A DNA stretch of 63,473 nt, the filler included, from Octopus bimaculoides (lineage: Eukaryota), in the NCBI RefSeq assembly GCF_001194135.2. It is 4 parts of 4 records of this genome, joined end to end, with 100 filler letters (N's around TTAATTAATTAA, not from the genome) between each part and the next. Parts side by side here need not be neighbours in the genome. Positions count along the whole stretch, not along the records: positions 35,993 to 53,448 come from NC_068987.1; 3 more parts are not named here. The stretch is one strand, 5' to 3'. Each line of letters starts with the position of its first letter. Positions within the stretch are counted from its first letter, which is position 1. This document shows, in pieces, positions 40,991 to 52,599 of this stretch. A program made the translations under genes and the position numbers. Under the pieces are notes generated by a model. The model did no database searches. It was not told the DNA's origin and saw only the letters and a list, made by a program, of their open reading frames with translations.

Positions 40991-42093
40991 TTCTAACATA
41001 TTTTCAAGTTTCAGTTTAANNNNNNNNNNNNNNNNNNNNNNNNNNNNNNNNNNNNNNNNNNNNNNNNNNNNNNNNNNNNNNNNNNNNNNNNNNNNNNNNN
41101 NNNNNNNNNNNNNNNNNNNNNNNNNNNNNNNNNNNNNNNNNNNNNNNNNNNNNNNNNNNNNNNNNNNNNNNNNNNNNNNNNNNNNNNNNNNNNNNNNNNN
41201 NNNNNNNNNNNNNNNNNNNNNNNNNNNNNNNNNNNNNNNNNNNNNNNNNNNNNNNNNNNNNNNNNNNNNNNNNNNNNNNNNNNNNNNNNNNNNNNNNNNN
41301 NNNNNNNNNNNNNNNNNNNNNNNNNNNNNNNNNNNNNNNNNNNNNNNNNNNNNNNNNNNNNNNNNNNNNNNNNNNNNNNNNNNNNNNNNNNNNNNNNNNN
41401 NNNNNNNNNNNNNNNNNNNNNNNNNNNNNNNNNNNNNNNNNNNNNNNNNNNNNNNNNNNNNNNNNNNNNNNNNNNNNNNNNNNNNNNNNNNNNNNNNNNN
41501 NNNNNNNNNNNNNNNNNNNNAGAAAAAAATAAATAAAAAATTCCACCCTCAAAAGAAAAAAAATAAATCTATATCATGTAATTAACAGCCAAATTTTTAC
41601 ATGGATTTTTTTAACATTTTTTTCTTCATTTATTTTTGTTGCATAGCTCATCTAAAGTCTTTGCATTTAACGTGATTTGTTAAAATATTGGCTTTGAATC
41701 ATTTGACAATGTTACCATACAAAAAGAAGTATAAGAAAAAAGAAAAAAAAAACAAGCCACAAAATCAACATAACGGTGGAAAAATATTTTCAATAACAAT
41801 TAGTTAGCTAATTATTCACTTAATTAATAGGACAGTTGGATGACAGTGGTCTATTCTGTTTCTTAAGAATAAGTCTTTCATCTATCTCAATAAAACCTCT
41901 GATTAACTTCTTTCTTGTCTATTTTTTTTTCTTTGTTGTTGTAACATCAGGCATACCTGAGGATCTGTTCAATGATTAAAAATCGGAATAAAAGAATCCA
42001 CACCACGCCACACCACCAAGCCCTGCTCAAAGGCACCATGGAATTAAAAGAGAATTAGAACTAAAAAGCAGTATCAAAATACTATTATATATA

Positions 42094-42129
<36 letters not shown>

Positions 42130-43083
42130 TATATATATCGTTAATGTCTTATCACACATATTTTATAGTGTGAGACACAGCAGGTATCAATATTCACGAA
42201 TTAAGATTGTTATTTTCATTTTCTTTTNNNNNNNNNNNNNNNNNNNNNNNNNNNNNNNNNNNNNNNNNNNNNNNNNNNNNNNNNNNNNNNNNNNNNNNNN
42301 NNNNNNNNNNNNNNNNNNNNNNNNNNNNNNNNNNNNNNNNNNNNNNNNNNNNNNNNNNNNNNNNNNNNNNNNNNNNNNNNNNNNNNNNNNNNNNNNNNNN
42401 NNNNNNNNNNNNNNNNNNNNNNNNNNNNNNNNNNNNNNNNNNNNNNNNTATATATATATACTTATAGATATACATATATACATATACATACATGTATATA
42501 TATATACACACACATACATATACACACATATATACATACATATATATACACACAAACATACATACACGCAAATATATATATGCATATATATACGTATGTA
42601 CATATATATATAGACATAATATATATATACACACACATTTATACATACATATATATACACACACATTCACACAAACATACGTACATAAATGCAATTGCCC
42701 CATGATAGACTGGTACTCACTTTTACTTAATATATTTTAAGTAGAAAAATGAATATAAAATGTGAAGCTATAACTAACATGAGGCAATTGTTTTAGTCTA
42801 AACACAGATCTCAGGTCAACGCATTTGCCAAGCAAGTGCAACTGAAGAATACACACACGCACACACACACACACAATGTATTTATATATAAATACATTGT
42901 ACGCGCATAAGCATCCATAACCTTGCGCACACACACACACACATATGCTTATATACCAACACATGTAAAAAGTTTATGATGTTTCATAATAGATGCCAAA
43001 TCAATTAGATTAGTAGTTGAACAAAGAATAAAGTAGTTTTACAGTCTCTTCTTTCCTCTTCATCTGTAAACTATGCAAAGCAT

Positions 43084-43225
43084 TTAGCCTTCCCAGCCAG
43101 TGTATTTGTCCAAGACAGATGAAATGTACTTTGCCATGTCAACATCTAAAGTATCTGCTCGTACAATAAAAGGGTGCTCCAACAGTGTGCCATAATAAGG
43201 TCGCTCTTTGTATTCCTTTTGAAGA
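43084..43225 (-). CDS. MAP2K3/6: MAP2K3/6-like, last coding exon (subdomain XI and C-terminal DVD docking region)
   Basis: ctctatttcag acceptor, then T+LQKEYKERPYYGTLLEHPFIVRADTLDVDMAKYISSVLDKYTGWEG-TAA. Aligns with the MKK C-terminus (CL.K..ERP.Y..L..HPF ... D.A..V..IL). Confidence 0.9.
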
Positions 43226-43319
43226 CTGAAATAGAGAAAGGAGAATGAGATAAATATATTGGATTAATCTCATTTTATGTGACGTCTGACTCAGTTATTT
43301 ATATTCTGTTTCAGAGACT

Positions 43320-45070
43320 GAGCCATAATTGTGAGGTTAAGAAGCGTGCTTCCGAACTATGTAGCTTATGTCTCCTTTTATAGACCTGGAGTGATCAAGC
43401 CTTGCAAGTAGATTTGGTAGATGGAAACTGAAAGAAGCCTATCATATAAGCAATGCAGTTTGCTTTCAGTCTTCCTGAAAAAACATGTCTAGCCAACGTA
43501 AAAAAAATATTACTTTGCTTGGAAACAGATAAGGGTTGGTGACATGAAATGCATCCAGACACAGAAAATTGACCTCAATAGATTCCACCTAACTTATGCA
43601 AGCATGGAAAAGTGGATGTTAAAACAATGATGATGATGATACTGCATATAATTTTCAGATCATTTCCATTATAACCTGTCCAAAACCTACCTGGGTAATC
43701 TGCACCCCTTGAGACTACCTCCAATTTTTTTAGTACCACAACCTGTTTAATGATGAACCATATTTTATGCAACCTCCTTTTCAAAAAAGGTCACCCATGC
43801 CTACTCTATAGCCATGCATAGTTTATATTACTTCATGTTTAGTGCATCTTGGTGGCAGTCTTAATTCTTGTTTTTTTACTGTTTCTGATAGTTTTTTTTT
43901 TTTTTGCTTTTAGAAAAAGCAGTACAAAATAACATATTTTACAATAATCATCATTTATCCTTTTCTCATAAATAAAAAAAATAAATCTGAAAATTTTTCA
44001 GCAACTTAAACATTGTTCAGTTGATTTATGTCAAGACGCATTCTTTGTCTTGTGCTCACATGCCTTCCTTTTAAAAAATCTTTGTTCTATAACATGTAAG
44101 TTTCAAGGTCACAGAAAAATTTAATGTATCATATTTAGTTTAGTTTTTTTTTAAATTATTCCATTTNNNNNNNNNNNNNNNNNNNNNNNNNNNNNNNNNN
44201 NNNNNNNNNNNNNNNNNNNNNNNNNNNNNNNNNNNNNNNNNNNNNNNNNNNNNNNNNNNNNNNNNNNNNNNNNNNNNNNNNNNNNNNNNNNNNNNNNNNN
44301 NNNNNNNNNNNNNNNNNNNNNNNNNNNNNNNNNNNNNNNNNNNNNNNNNNNNNNNNNNNNNNNNNNNNNNNNNNNNNNNNNNNNNNNNNNNNNNNNNNNN
44401 NNNNNNNNNNNNNNNNNNNNNNNNNNNNNNNNNNNNNNNNNNNNNNNNNNNNNNNNNNNNNNNNNNNNNNNNNNNNNNNNNNNNNNNNNNNNNNNNNNNN
44501 NNNNNNNNNNNNNNNNNNNNNNNNNNNNNNNNNNNNNNNNNNNNNNNNNNNNNNNNNNNNNNNNNNNNNNNNNNNNNNNNNNNNNNNNNNNNNNNNNNNN
44601 NNNNNNNNNNNNNNNNNNNNNNNNNNNNNNNNNNNNNNNNNNNNNNNNNNNNNNNNNNNNNNNNNNNNNNNNNNNNNNNNNNNNNNNNNNNNNNNNNNNN
44701 NNNNNNNNNNNNNNNNNNNNNNNNNNNNNNNNNNNNNNNNNNNNNNNNNNNNNNNNNNNNNNNNNNNNNNNNNNNNNNNNNNNNNNNNNNNNNNNNNNNN
44801 NNNNNNNNNNNNNNNNNNNNNNNNNNNNNNNNNNNNNNNNNNNNNNNNNNNNNNNNNNNNNNNNNNNNNNNNNNNNNNNNNNNNNNNNNNNNNNNNNNNN
44901 NNNNNNNNNNNNNNNNNNNNNNNNNNNNNNNNNNNNNNNNNNNNNNNNNNNNNNNNNNNNNNNNNNNNNNNNNNNNNNNNNNNNNNNNNNNNNNNNNNNN
45001 NNNNNNNNNNNNNNNNNNNNNNNNNNNNNNNNNNNNNNNNNNNNNNNNNNNNNNGTTGTATACATGTGTG

Positions 45071-45152
<82 letters not shown>

Positions 45153-45436
45153 ACTTGACAACCGATGGTGGAGTGTTTACATCCCCATAACTTAGCGGTT
45201 CGGCAAAAGAGACTGCTAGAATAAGTACTAGGCTTTTAAAGAATAAGTCCTGGGGTCGATTTGCTCGACTAAAGGCAGTGCTCCAGCATGGCCACAGTCA
45301 AATAACTGAAACAAGTAAAAGTGGATGATCAAAAATAAATGAGTCAATTTCCAGATATCTATCAACTGGAAATGCTTTGAGTGTGCACTCAGAATATTCA
45401 TATATATATATATATATATATATATTCAAGCCTTGA

Positions 45437-45467
<31 letters not shown>

Positions 45468-47990
45468 AAGTTATACAAATTGTATAGTTATATAAAGTTA
45501 TAACTTTAAATATATAAATATAAAACCATAATTTTTACTTTATTTCATGGACTAATAAAATAGTTTCTAATTTAGGCACAAAGTCAACAATTTGTGGGGA
45601 GGGGTTTACTCGATATCATCAACCCCAATACTTAACAGGTGCTTCATTTTATCAACTCAGAAAGGAATTGAAGACAAAGTTGACCTTAGAAGGATTTAAA
45701 CCCAGAATGGAGAAAAGCCCTGCATTGTATTATTGGCATTCTAACGGTTCTGCCAGCTTGCAGTGTTTTGCACTAACATTATAATATTAAATAAATAGGT
45801 GCAGGCAGGGCTGCATGGTTAAGTTCCTTTCCCAACCATGAGGTTCATAACCATGTGATCCCATTTCATGGTGCCTTAAGTGTCTCTACCATAGCTTCAG
45901 ATTTACTAATGCTTGAGCGAAATTTGAAAACCAGAAGCAGCTTGACAGCCCATTACAGGTAAGTGTGTGTATATGCATTGGTAAAGGGTTGCTATGATTT
46001 AATATGGACAAATGATACAAATTGAACACTATATGGTATTTATCATGTACAAGTTAAATCCCTTTATGCAGAGGAAGCATTACCTGCTTCATGTACAGAA
46101 ATTAATGAAATAAACACCAGTATTTTGCAGATATAATTTCACTAAAATCTTTAAAAGAGGTGCCCCCAGCATGGTTGCAGTCCAATGACTGAAACCAGTA
46201 ACAATAACAGTATCTTTTATCTTTTGTTTCAGTCATTAGATATTTTTTATCAGTCTCCTTCACTGAACCACTAGGCTGCACCAACACTGGTTGTCAAGTA
46301 GTGATAGAAGACAAACACACGCACATATATATGACGGGCTTCTTTGTTTCCATTTACCAAATCTATTCACAAGATTTTGGCTGGCCTAAGGCTATAAGGG
46401 AAGATGCACTTGCCTAAGGTGCCATGCAGTGAGACTGAATTTAAGAACAATGTGGTTGAGAAACAAGCTTCTTATCACACAGCCACACTTATAATTAACT
46501 TTTGATATCAACAATTAGTAATAATTGCAATTATACATTATTGGGTAAACAACCATGTTATTTTCAGGGATAAGACATAGATGAGAATTGTAATACTCTT
46601 GTGATTTTCAGAGACATTTGTGAATTGGAATGGCTCTGAATGAAGAATTCAGAAAAATCAAAAGACTCCATTCATTAGAAGCATATTTTGCCAAAATATA
46701 TTTAAATGAAGATGTCTAACAAAGGTGCAAGACCATACAATTAAAGGGTAAAGGGACATAGTAAATAATAATGATCCCAATACCCAACTGTTATTATACT
46801 GCCTGGAGGGGTGAAAAGCCAAGTTGACCTCAGTGCTATTTGATCTCCAAATGCAAAGGGAGATAACTAAGTCCTGCAAGGCATTTTGCCCATCACTCTA
46901 CTGATTCTGTCAATCCTTTGCCAAAAAGTATCAAATAATAAAAAGAAGAATCTCAAGAATGCGCTGAATAAAAACAGCATTAAAAAAGGAATGCTAATTC
47001 TTTCTTAATCATAGATTCCATAATGCTGATAATCAACTGTAGTTTTTATGGTTCTTAGCAGTTGAAGAGGAAAATGCCCTCAATGCCAGCTTATCATCAA
47101 TAAACTTCTCCAGGTATGGCTGTGTAGTAAAAAGTTTCCCAACCACATGGTTCTGGGTTCAGTCCCACTGCATGGCACCTTGAGCAAGTGTCTTCTACTA
47201 TAGCTCTGAGCTGACCAAAGCCTTGAGTGGATTTGGTAGACAAAAACTGGAAGGAGCCTGTAGTATGTATATACATATGTATATGTGGGTGAATATGCAT
47301 GTGACATTGTGATAGTTGTAAATAATTGTCCCTGTCATACAAGCAGCATAATTTCATTTCCATTATTCTGAGACCATTTCTGACCACACGGAAAAATTAC
47401 CTTGCTTGGAAACAGTTGCGGATTGGTGAAAGGAAGAGCGTCTGCTGTAGAAAATCTACCTCAATAAGCTCCACTAACCCATGCAGGCATGGAAAAGTGG
47501 ATGTTAAAATAATAGTGATGGTGATATAAACTAAAACACACTTTATAGTTAGGTAAACCAACTAGAGATTTAATATGGACAGTAGTCTAGTGCCTTTGAC
47601 AGTATAGCTTTCAGGTGATACTACTTGCAACATTTTCTATTTAATTATTTAAAGTGGTGATAACCTGTTCACTGCCCCTCCTCTGTAAGTTTAATCAGTT
47701 ATCTTTTTTTTTTTATCTTTGACTTGTTTTGGTCCCTGGACTGTGGCCATGCTGGGACACTGTCTTGAAGGGTTTAGTCAAACGCCCCCAGTACTTATTC
47801 TATCTGTCTCTTTCGCCAGTCTGCTAAGTTAGAGGGACAGAAACAAACCAGCACTGGTTGTGAAGCGAAAGGTGTGGCACAAACATAACTCAAAGACAGA
47901 CATATGATGGGTTTCTTTCAGTTTCTGTCTATCAAATCTACTCACAGGGTTTTGGTCAAGTAGAAGACGCCTGCCCAAGGTGCTGTGCTT
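43320..47990. mobile_element. Cluster of third-family SINE pieces in both orientations inside a MAP2K intron
   Basis: Plus-strand pieces at about 43320-43640, 45130-45325, 45795-45990, 46150-46200 and 47110-47530. Minus-strand pieces at about 46210-46495 and 47700-47990. All share gagtggatttggtaga/ggaaactgaaagaagc or aatgactgaaac motifs. Confidence 0.75.
45540..45770 (-). mobile_element. Decayed SINE (tail B)
   Basis: ttctaatttaggcacaaag...ggggagggg...caaagttgacc...ttctgccagcttg. Confidence 0.65.
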
Positions 47991-48048
47991 TCTATATTTC
48001 TCTTATAGATAGTTCTTATTGGGGAACATCATCATAACAACAACAAAA

Positions 48049-49825
48049 CTATGTTCTCAACTATTTTTTGTCTGTGGACACCTTTGATTCCTATTTTACC
48101 CTCCAACCCCCCATAACAAAATATTATCAGAAATTTTATTAAAACATTCTTAAAATATTGTGTATTGTAGACGTATAACCAATTTATTGCTCATAAACTT
48201 TAATGATAGAGGCACTGATGTAAAGATGTTTGCTCAACAGAAAGTAACTTTACCAAAAGGAAAGTACAAGATAATTATTTTAGATGGAGCAGACAGGTAA
48301 ATAATCTGTGTCATTAGAAAAATATTTGCATCTCTCACTTCTTTATTTCATTGAAATCTTATCTCATCATTGTTTTCATAACCATCATCTTCCTTGGCAG
48401 CATCATGATCTAGTTTCCATATCACGATATGAAAGACATTACTCATTGGTTTTTTTGGTGTCTGATGCTTTTATCCTCGTGTAGTCGTGTAGCTCCTCTA
48501 CAGCAAGATACCTGTTTCTGTCTACCTGTCACACTTTAACCTCACATCACTTGGCACACAGCCACCTCCCTGAATACTACAACTCCTCAGTTAAAGGGTC
48601 GTGTCTTGTAAGTTATACCTAAATAGCATCCAGTACATTCTATAAAGTGACTGGCATTAGGAGGTGCATCCAGCTGTAGAAACCATGCCAGATCAGACAG
48701 TTGAGCTTGGCACAGTCCTCTGACCTACCAGGTCCTGCTGAACCAGTCAATTCATACCAACAGGCAAAACAGGTATTAAATGGTGATGGTGATGATAATG
48801 AGGTTTTTCATTCATTTGTGACATTATGCTTCAAGATCACTGAATTCAATATAATTCATAACATAATAAGTATATTATTGTGAAAGGGGAGACTTATTTT
48901 AGTCTTTTGCTATACTTTGATGCTTGGACATATATTAGCCTATAATCCTTGGATGAAATGATATGGGATCAAACACATTGATTGTACTGTAGATTCGAGT
49001 TACAGTAAGAATGATAGAAAAGCATATTGTGTACGGTGATGATATATACACACATGCATGTATGTGTGTGTATGTGTGTTGTTATTCAATGATTGGTAGA
49101 GATATTTTTTTAATATTTAGTTTTGTAAATATTGTGAAGCAGAAATATACTTTTTGTCAATTTCTGTTATTTATACATGAAAAAGTACCCCATACTGAGT
49201 AAATTATGTACACTTACTGCTCTGCAACAAAGATATTGTTCAACAAGTTCAAATTTTGATCAAGCATTTTATTATTTAAATAGATAATTTTGGTTTCAAA
49301 ATTTGGCACATGGTCAGCGAGTTAAGGGGAGGGTGGTAGTCAATTACATCAACCTCAGTGCTCAATTGGTACTTATTTTATCAGCTCCAAAAGGATGAAA
49401 GGCAAAGTCGATCCCAGTGGAATTTTTTAAGGTGGCATAGTGGCTGTGTTTCTTTCGAAGGTTGAGCCCCACAAAGGCAATGATCAAGACGTTTGGCCTT
49501 ATGTTGTGCTTGAGAAGAAGACCTTTCAAGTGGAACAAAATTACAGTCATGGTGGATACCAGTGTCACACAAATGGCACCTGTACTGGTGGCACGTAAAA
49601 GCACCCATTACACTCTCAGAGTGGTTGGCATTAGAAAGGGCATCCAGCTGTAGAAAACCATGCCAAATCAGACTGGAGCCTGGCACAGCCTTCCAGCGTG
49701 CCAGCCCAGTCAAACTGTCCAACCCATGCCAGCATGGACAACAGACATTAAATGATGATGATGAAACTAACAACAAAATCATATGGACCCCCAAGGATCA
49801 TACAGACCCCAGTTGAGAACCACTG
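48049..49825 (+). mobile_element. Split hAT MITE (same family as 51437-51664) enclosing about 1.6 kb of insert with the RFC2 fragment and SINEs
   Basis: 48049-48201 aligns to the left ~190 bp of the intact copy (gttctcaac...ctttgattcctattttac...aatttattgct). About 49774-49825 aligns to its right end (aaaatc..tatggacccc...gttgagaaccactg). The outer left TIR is degraded and no TSD was found. Confidence 0.65.
48202..48296 (+). pseudogene. RFC2: Degenerate RFC2 (replication factor C subunit 2) exon fragment, antisense within a MAP2K intron
   Basis: Translates [31 protein letters not shown](S) followed by AG|gtaaat. RFC2 reads [37 protein letters not shown], so there is an in-frame 5-aa deletion and a Walker B E-to-G change. 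No other RFC2 exons were seen. Confidence 0.85.
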
Positions 49826-49839
49826 AATTAAGGTCTTAC

Positions 49840-49917
49840 CATAGTAATTCCTAAACTCCAAACATCAGATCTTATATCATAACCTTTTCCTGAAACTGAA
49901 GGGTTGATTCTTTCAGG
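49840..49917 (-). CDS. MAP2K3/6: MAP2K3/6-like, next internal exon (subdomains VIII-IX)
   Basis: 78-bp phase-0 exon with ttccag acceptor and ATG|gtaaga donor. Translates PERINPSVSGKGYDIRSDVWSLGITM, continuing directly from PYMA. Not in the ORF track. Confidence 0.93.
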
Positions 49918-50219
49918 CTGGAATATAAAAATAGAGAAAAAATAACATACAGATTTTGTTTTTATAATGAAGGAAAACAATTTTACAGTTTTTCATAAAT
50001 AAATAGAACACTGATTTTTTAATGTTATTTTCTTCAGACTGTCACACAGAACTTGTACAATCCAACTCATTTGTAATAAAACATTTTAACATAATTGAAA
50101 GAGGTTTCAAGCATAATGTTCTTCTACTTCTGACATCGTCATCATTTAATGTCCAATTATGAAATCACAAACAGACATCCAAGCCTGCATCTACACTCAC
50201 ACAAAAAGGCTATCAGAAT

Positions 50220-50470
50220 GATTGTCATAAAGTTGTTTGTCAACACACTCCAACCTCAATCATAGACATGCTGTCTCTAAACTGCATTTTCAACCATCAT
50301 TACTACTATGGCCTTTGCTCCTTATAGTATATGTCACCTCCATTCAGACATGCTTAATTCACTCATTCCTCCTCTATCCTCACACTAACCACTATACTCA
50401 GTCCTTCCTTCCCAGAATGTTGTATCTCTGGAATTCACTCGCTGCTTATGTTTCTCTTGCAATTATCAAG
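50220..50470 (+). mobile_element. CR1/L2-like LINE 3' fragment
   Basis: LNHRHAVSKL...HTNHYTQSFLPRMLYLWNSL matches the L..RR...L / SF.PRT...WNSLP end of CR1/L2/Jockey-group ORF2. Confidence 0.6.
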
Positions 50471-50595
50471 AAACAACTGCTTAAGAACACTGTAACTGAA
50501 TTGAGTCCATTGGTATTAAAGTCAGAATTATCAAAAATTGCAGGTGAAGTTTCTACCACCTCTCCACAACTACCACAACAAAAATCTATCTATTT

Positions 50596-50850
50596 AAATA
50601 ATAATAATAATTGGTGCAGTGGGAACTGTAAGCAAAGATATAGACAAATGGTTGAAGGAGATTGGAATAGAATGCCCTGTGGAGCTTCTACAGAAAGTTT
50701 GCCCTTTAGGGACAGGAAAGATTATCAAGAGGGTCTTAAGCACTTGAAAGACTATTGAAAGATTGTGGATACCTAAGGTTACAGATAGTAACCCAGCTAC
50801 CCACATAGATTATACCAAGAATAAGAATGAACCTGAGTCAAATCAATGAT
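50596..50850 (+). mobile_element. 5'-truncated copy of the same RLE LINE 3' end
   Basis: IIGAVGTVSKDIDKWLKEIGIECPVELLQKVCPLGTGKIIKRVLST*, with a 3' UTR matching the reverse complement of 1500-1730 (cctaag.ttacagatagtaaccc). Confidence 0.8.
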
Positions 50851-51143
50851 GATAATGATGATATAATTAGCTTGTTGTAAGCAGTGCTCAAGTGCAACAT
50901 GGGTAATTGAAAAAGGGTTAAAGACAAGACAGAAAGTGATAAGGAAGACAGCAACGAAAGCCAAAAACTCATGCAGAGTACATGGAATAAAACACAAAAG
51001 TGAACAGTAGAAGAGCTATAAAGAAGAAGGTGCATAGGGACATCAAGAGTAGTGCTGATAAATTACAGGAAGAAAGGCACTTTTGAAGAATCTGATGTTC
51101 TTATAGCTAACAATTGAAGTGCATTCCATTCTTTGGTAATTCT

Positions 51144-51388
51144 TTTTTTTTTTTGCTTTTTTTTTTTACTGCCCACAAGGGGCTACACAGAGGGGACGAA
51201 CAAGGACAGACAAACGGATTAAGTCGATTATATCGACCCCAGTGCGTAACTGGTACTTATTTAATCGACCCCGAAAGGATGAAAGGCAAAGTCGACCTCG
51301 GCGGAATTTGAACTCTGAACATAGCGGCAGATGAAATACCGCTAAGCATTTCGCCCAGCGTGCCAACGTTTCTGCCAGCTTGGCACCT
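51144..51388 (-). mobile_element. Young full-length tRNA-headed SINE (Deu/Nin-like core, tail type A)
   Basis: Poly-A tail (T run at 51144-51168), CpGs retained, and a 15-bp TSD TTCTTTGGTAATTCT at 51129-51143 and 51389-51403. Confidence 0.9.
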
Positions 51389-51436
51389 TTCTTTGGTAAT
51401 TCTGTGTGTGGAAAAATGCTTTCCAAAGTCATAGAT

Positions 51437-51664
51437 CAGTGTTTCTCAACCATTTTTCCCCTATGGACCCCTTTGATTCCTATTTTACACAGATGGACCC
51501 TCATAGCCATCCAATGTTTAAAAAATACTATTATATTTTTATAATTAAATATTATTAGGAATTGTATAAAAAATTGTTAAAATATTTTGTGTATTGTACA
51601 ACAAATTTATTGCTGATGAATTTTAACAATAAAATCTCGTATGGACCCCAGTTGAGAACCACTG
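51437..51664. mobile_element. Intact hAT-superfamily MITE (228 bp)
   Basis: TIRs cagtgtttctcaac / gttgagaaccactg, with a perfect 8-bp TSD TCATAGAT at 51429-51436 and 51665-51672. Confidence 0.92.
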
Positions 51665-52174
51665 TCATAGATGTGCTGTCTTTTGATTTTATAAGCATGT
51701 CTATAGGTAATAGAGATAATCTCCAAGGAAATTAGTGGCGGTATGTGGGATGTCGAAGAAAAAGGGTTAATAATTATGAGATAAGTTTGTGCAGAGTGAT
51801 GCGAGTTGAATTTTAATATTTTAATCAGGGTCACACTTCTGATAGGCTTTGTTTAAAATGTTTTAACTGATCTTCTATCAAAATACACAAACTGTTATTT
51901 TATAAATTTTATCAACAGACTCCACACAGGTACAGACATGCTTATTTCACATATAATACATATAATGCTCTAGACAGACAGACACGAACACATGCACACA
52001 CACACACACATGCACACACGCGCACACACAAGAAAGTGGCAGCCCTCATTATTATGTGCAAAGCTGGCAACAGGCAGTAAAACTGAAGATGGAAATCCTG
52101 CAGACATGGAAATAAAAGAAGTTGATGATGGTGATAATTAAAGCAGTGATGATAGTGGAAAAATTTCTACTTAC

Positions 52175-52354
52175 TGCCATATATGGTCGACAACCAGCAT
52201 CTCTGGTGTTAGCAAGAGAATCTACTAGGTAGCCACTGATGCCAAAATCACATATTTTGACAAAACCCAATCTGTTAACTAAAATATTTGATGGTTTCAC
52301 ATCCCTGTGGATTACCTGGAGGTTCTGATGAAGGTAATGCAGTGCACGTACCAC
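52175..52354 (-). CDS. MAP2K3/6: MAP kinase kinase 3/6-like (p38 activator), internal exon, kinase subdomains VIa-VIII
   Basis: 180-bp phase-0 exon with ttgtag acceptor and GCA|gtaagt donor. Translates [60 protein letters not shown]: HRD, DFG and the S-x-A-x-T activation loop; GYLVDS is typical of MKK3/6. Confidence 0.93.
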
Positions 52355-52599
52355 CTACAATGGAAAAATTAAATATTTAGGTAAACAACAAAATGAAAAG
52401 GAACAGAAAGTTTGTACCTATCATTCAACATTTATTTTTGCATCATTGTTGATGGAAATTATAATGGGGAGGGGAATGAATAGTTGTGTAGTAAAAAGTT
52501 TGCTTCCCAACTACATGTGGCAGATATTTGGAAATGACCTGCTGTACTGCTTGGCATTTGCACCGGAAGCTCCAATATGAACAGATGGTGAATACACAG

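Noticed and set aside
43575-43784. ORF containing IKQVV as the missing MAP2K exon
   Set aside because: Surrounding residues do not match (no FPY, W.TPF or P.P.L) and there are no fitting splice sites.
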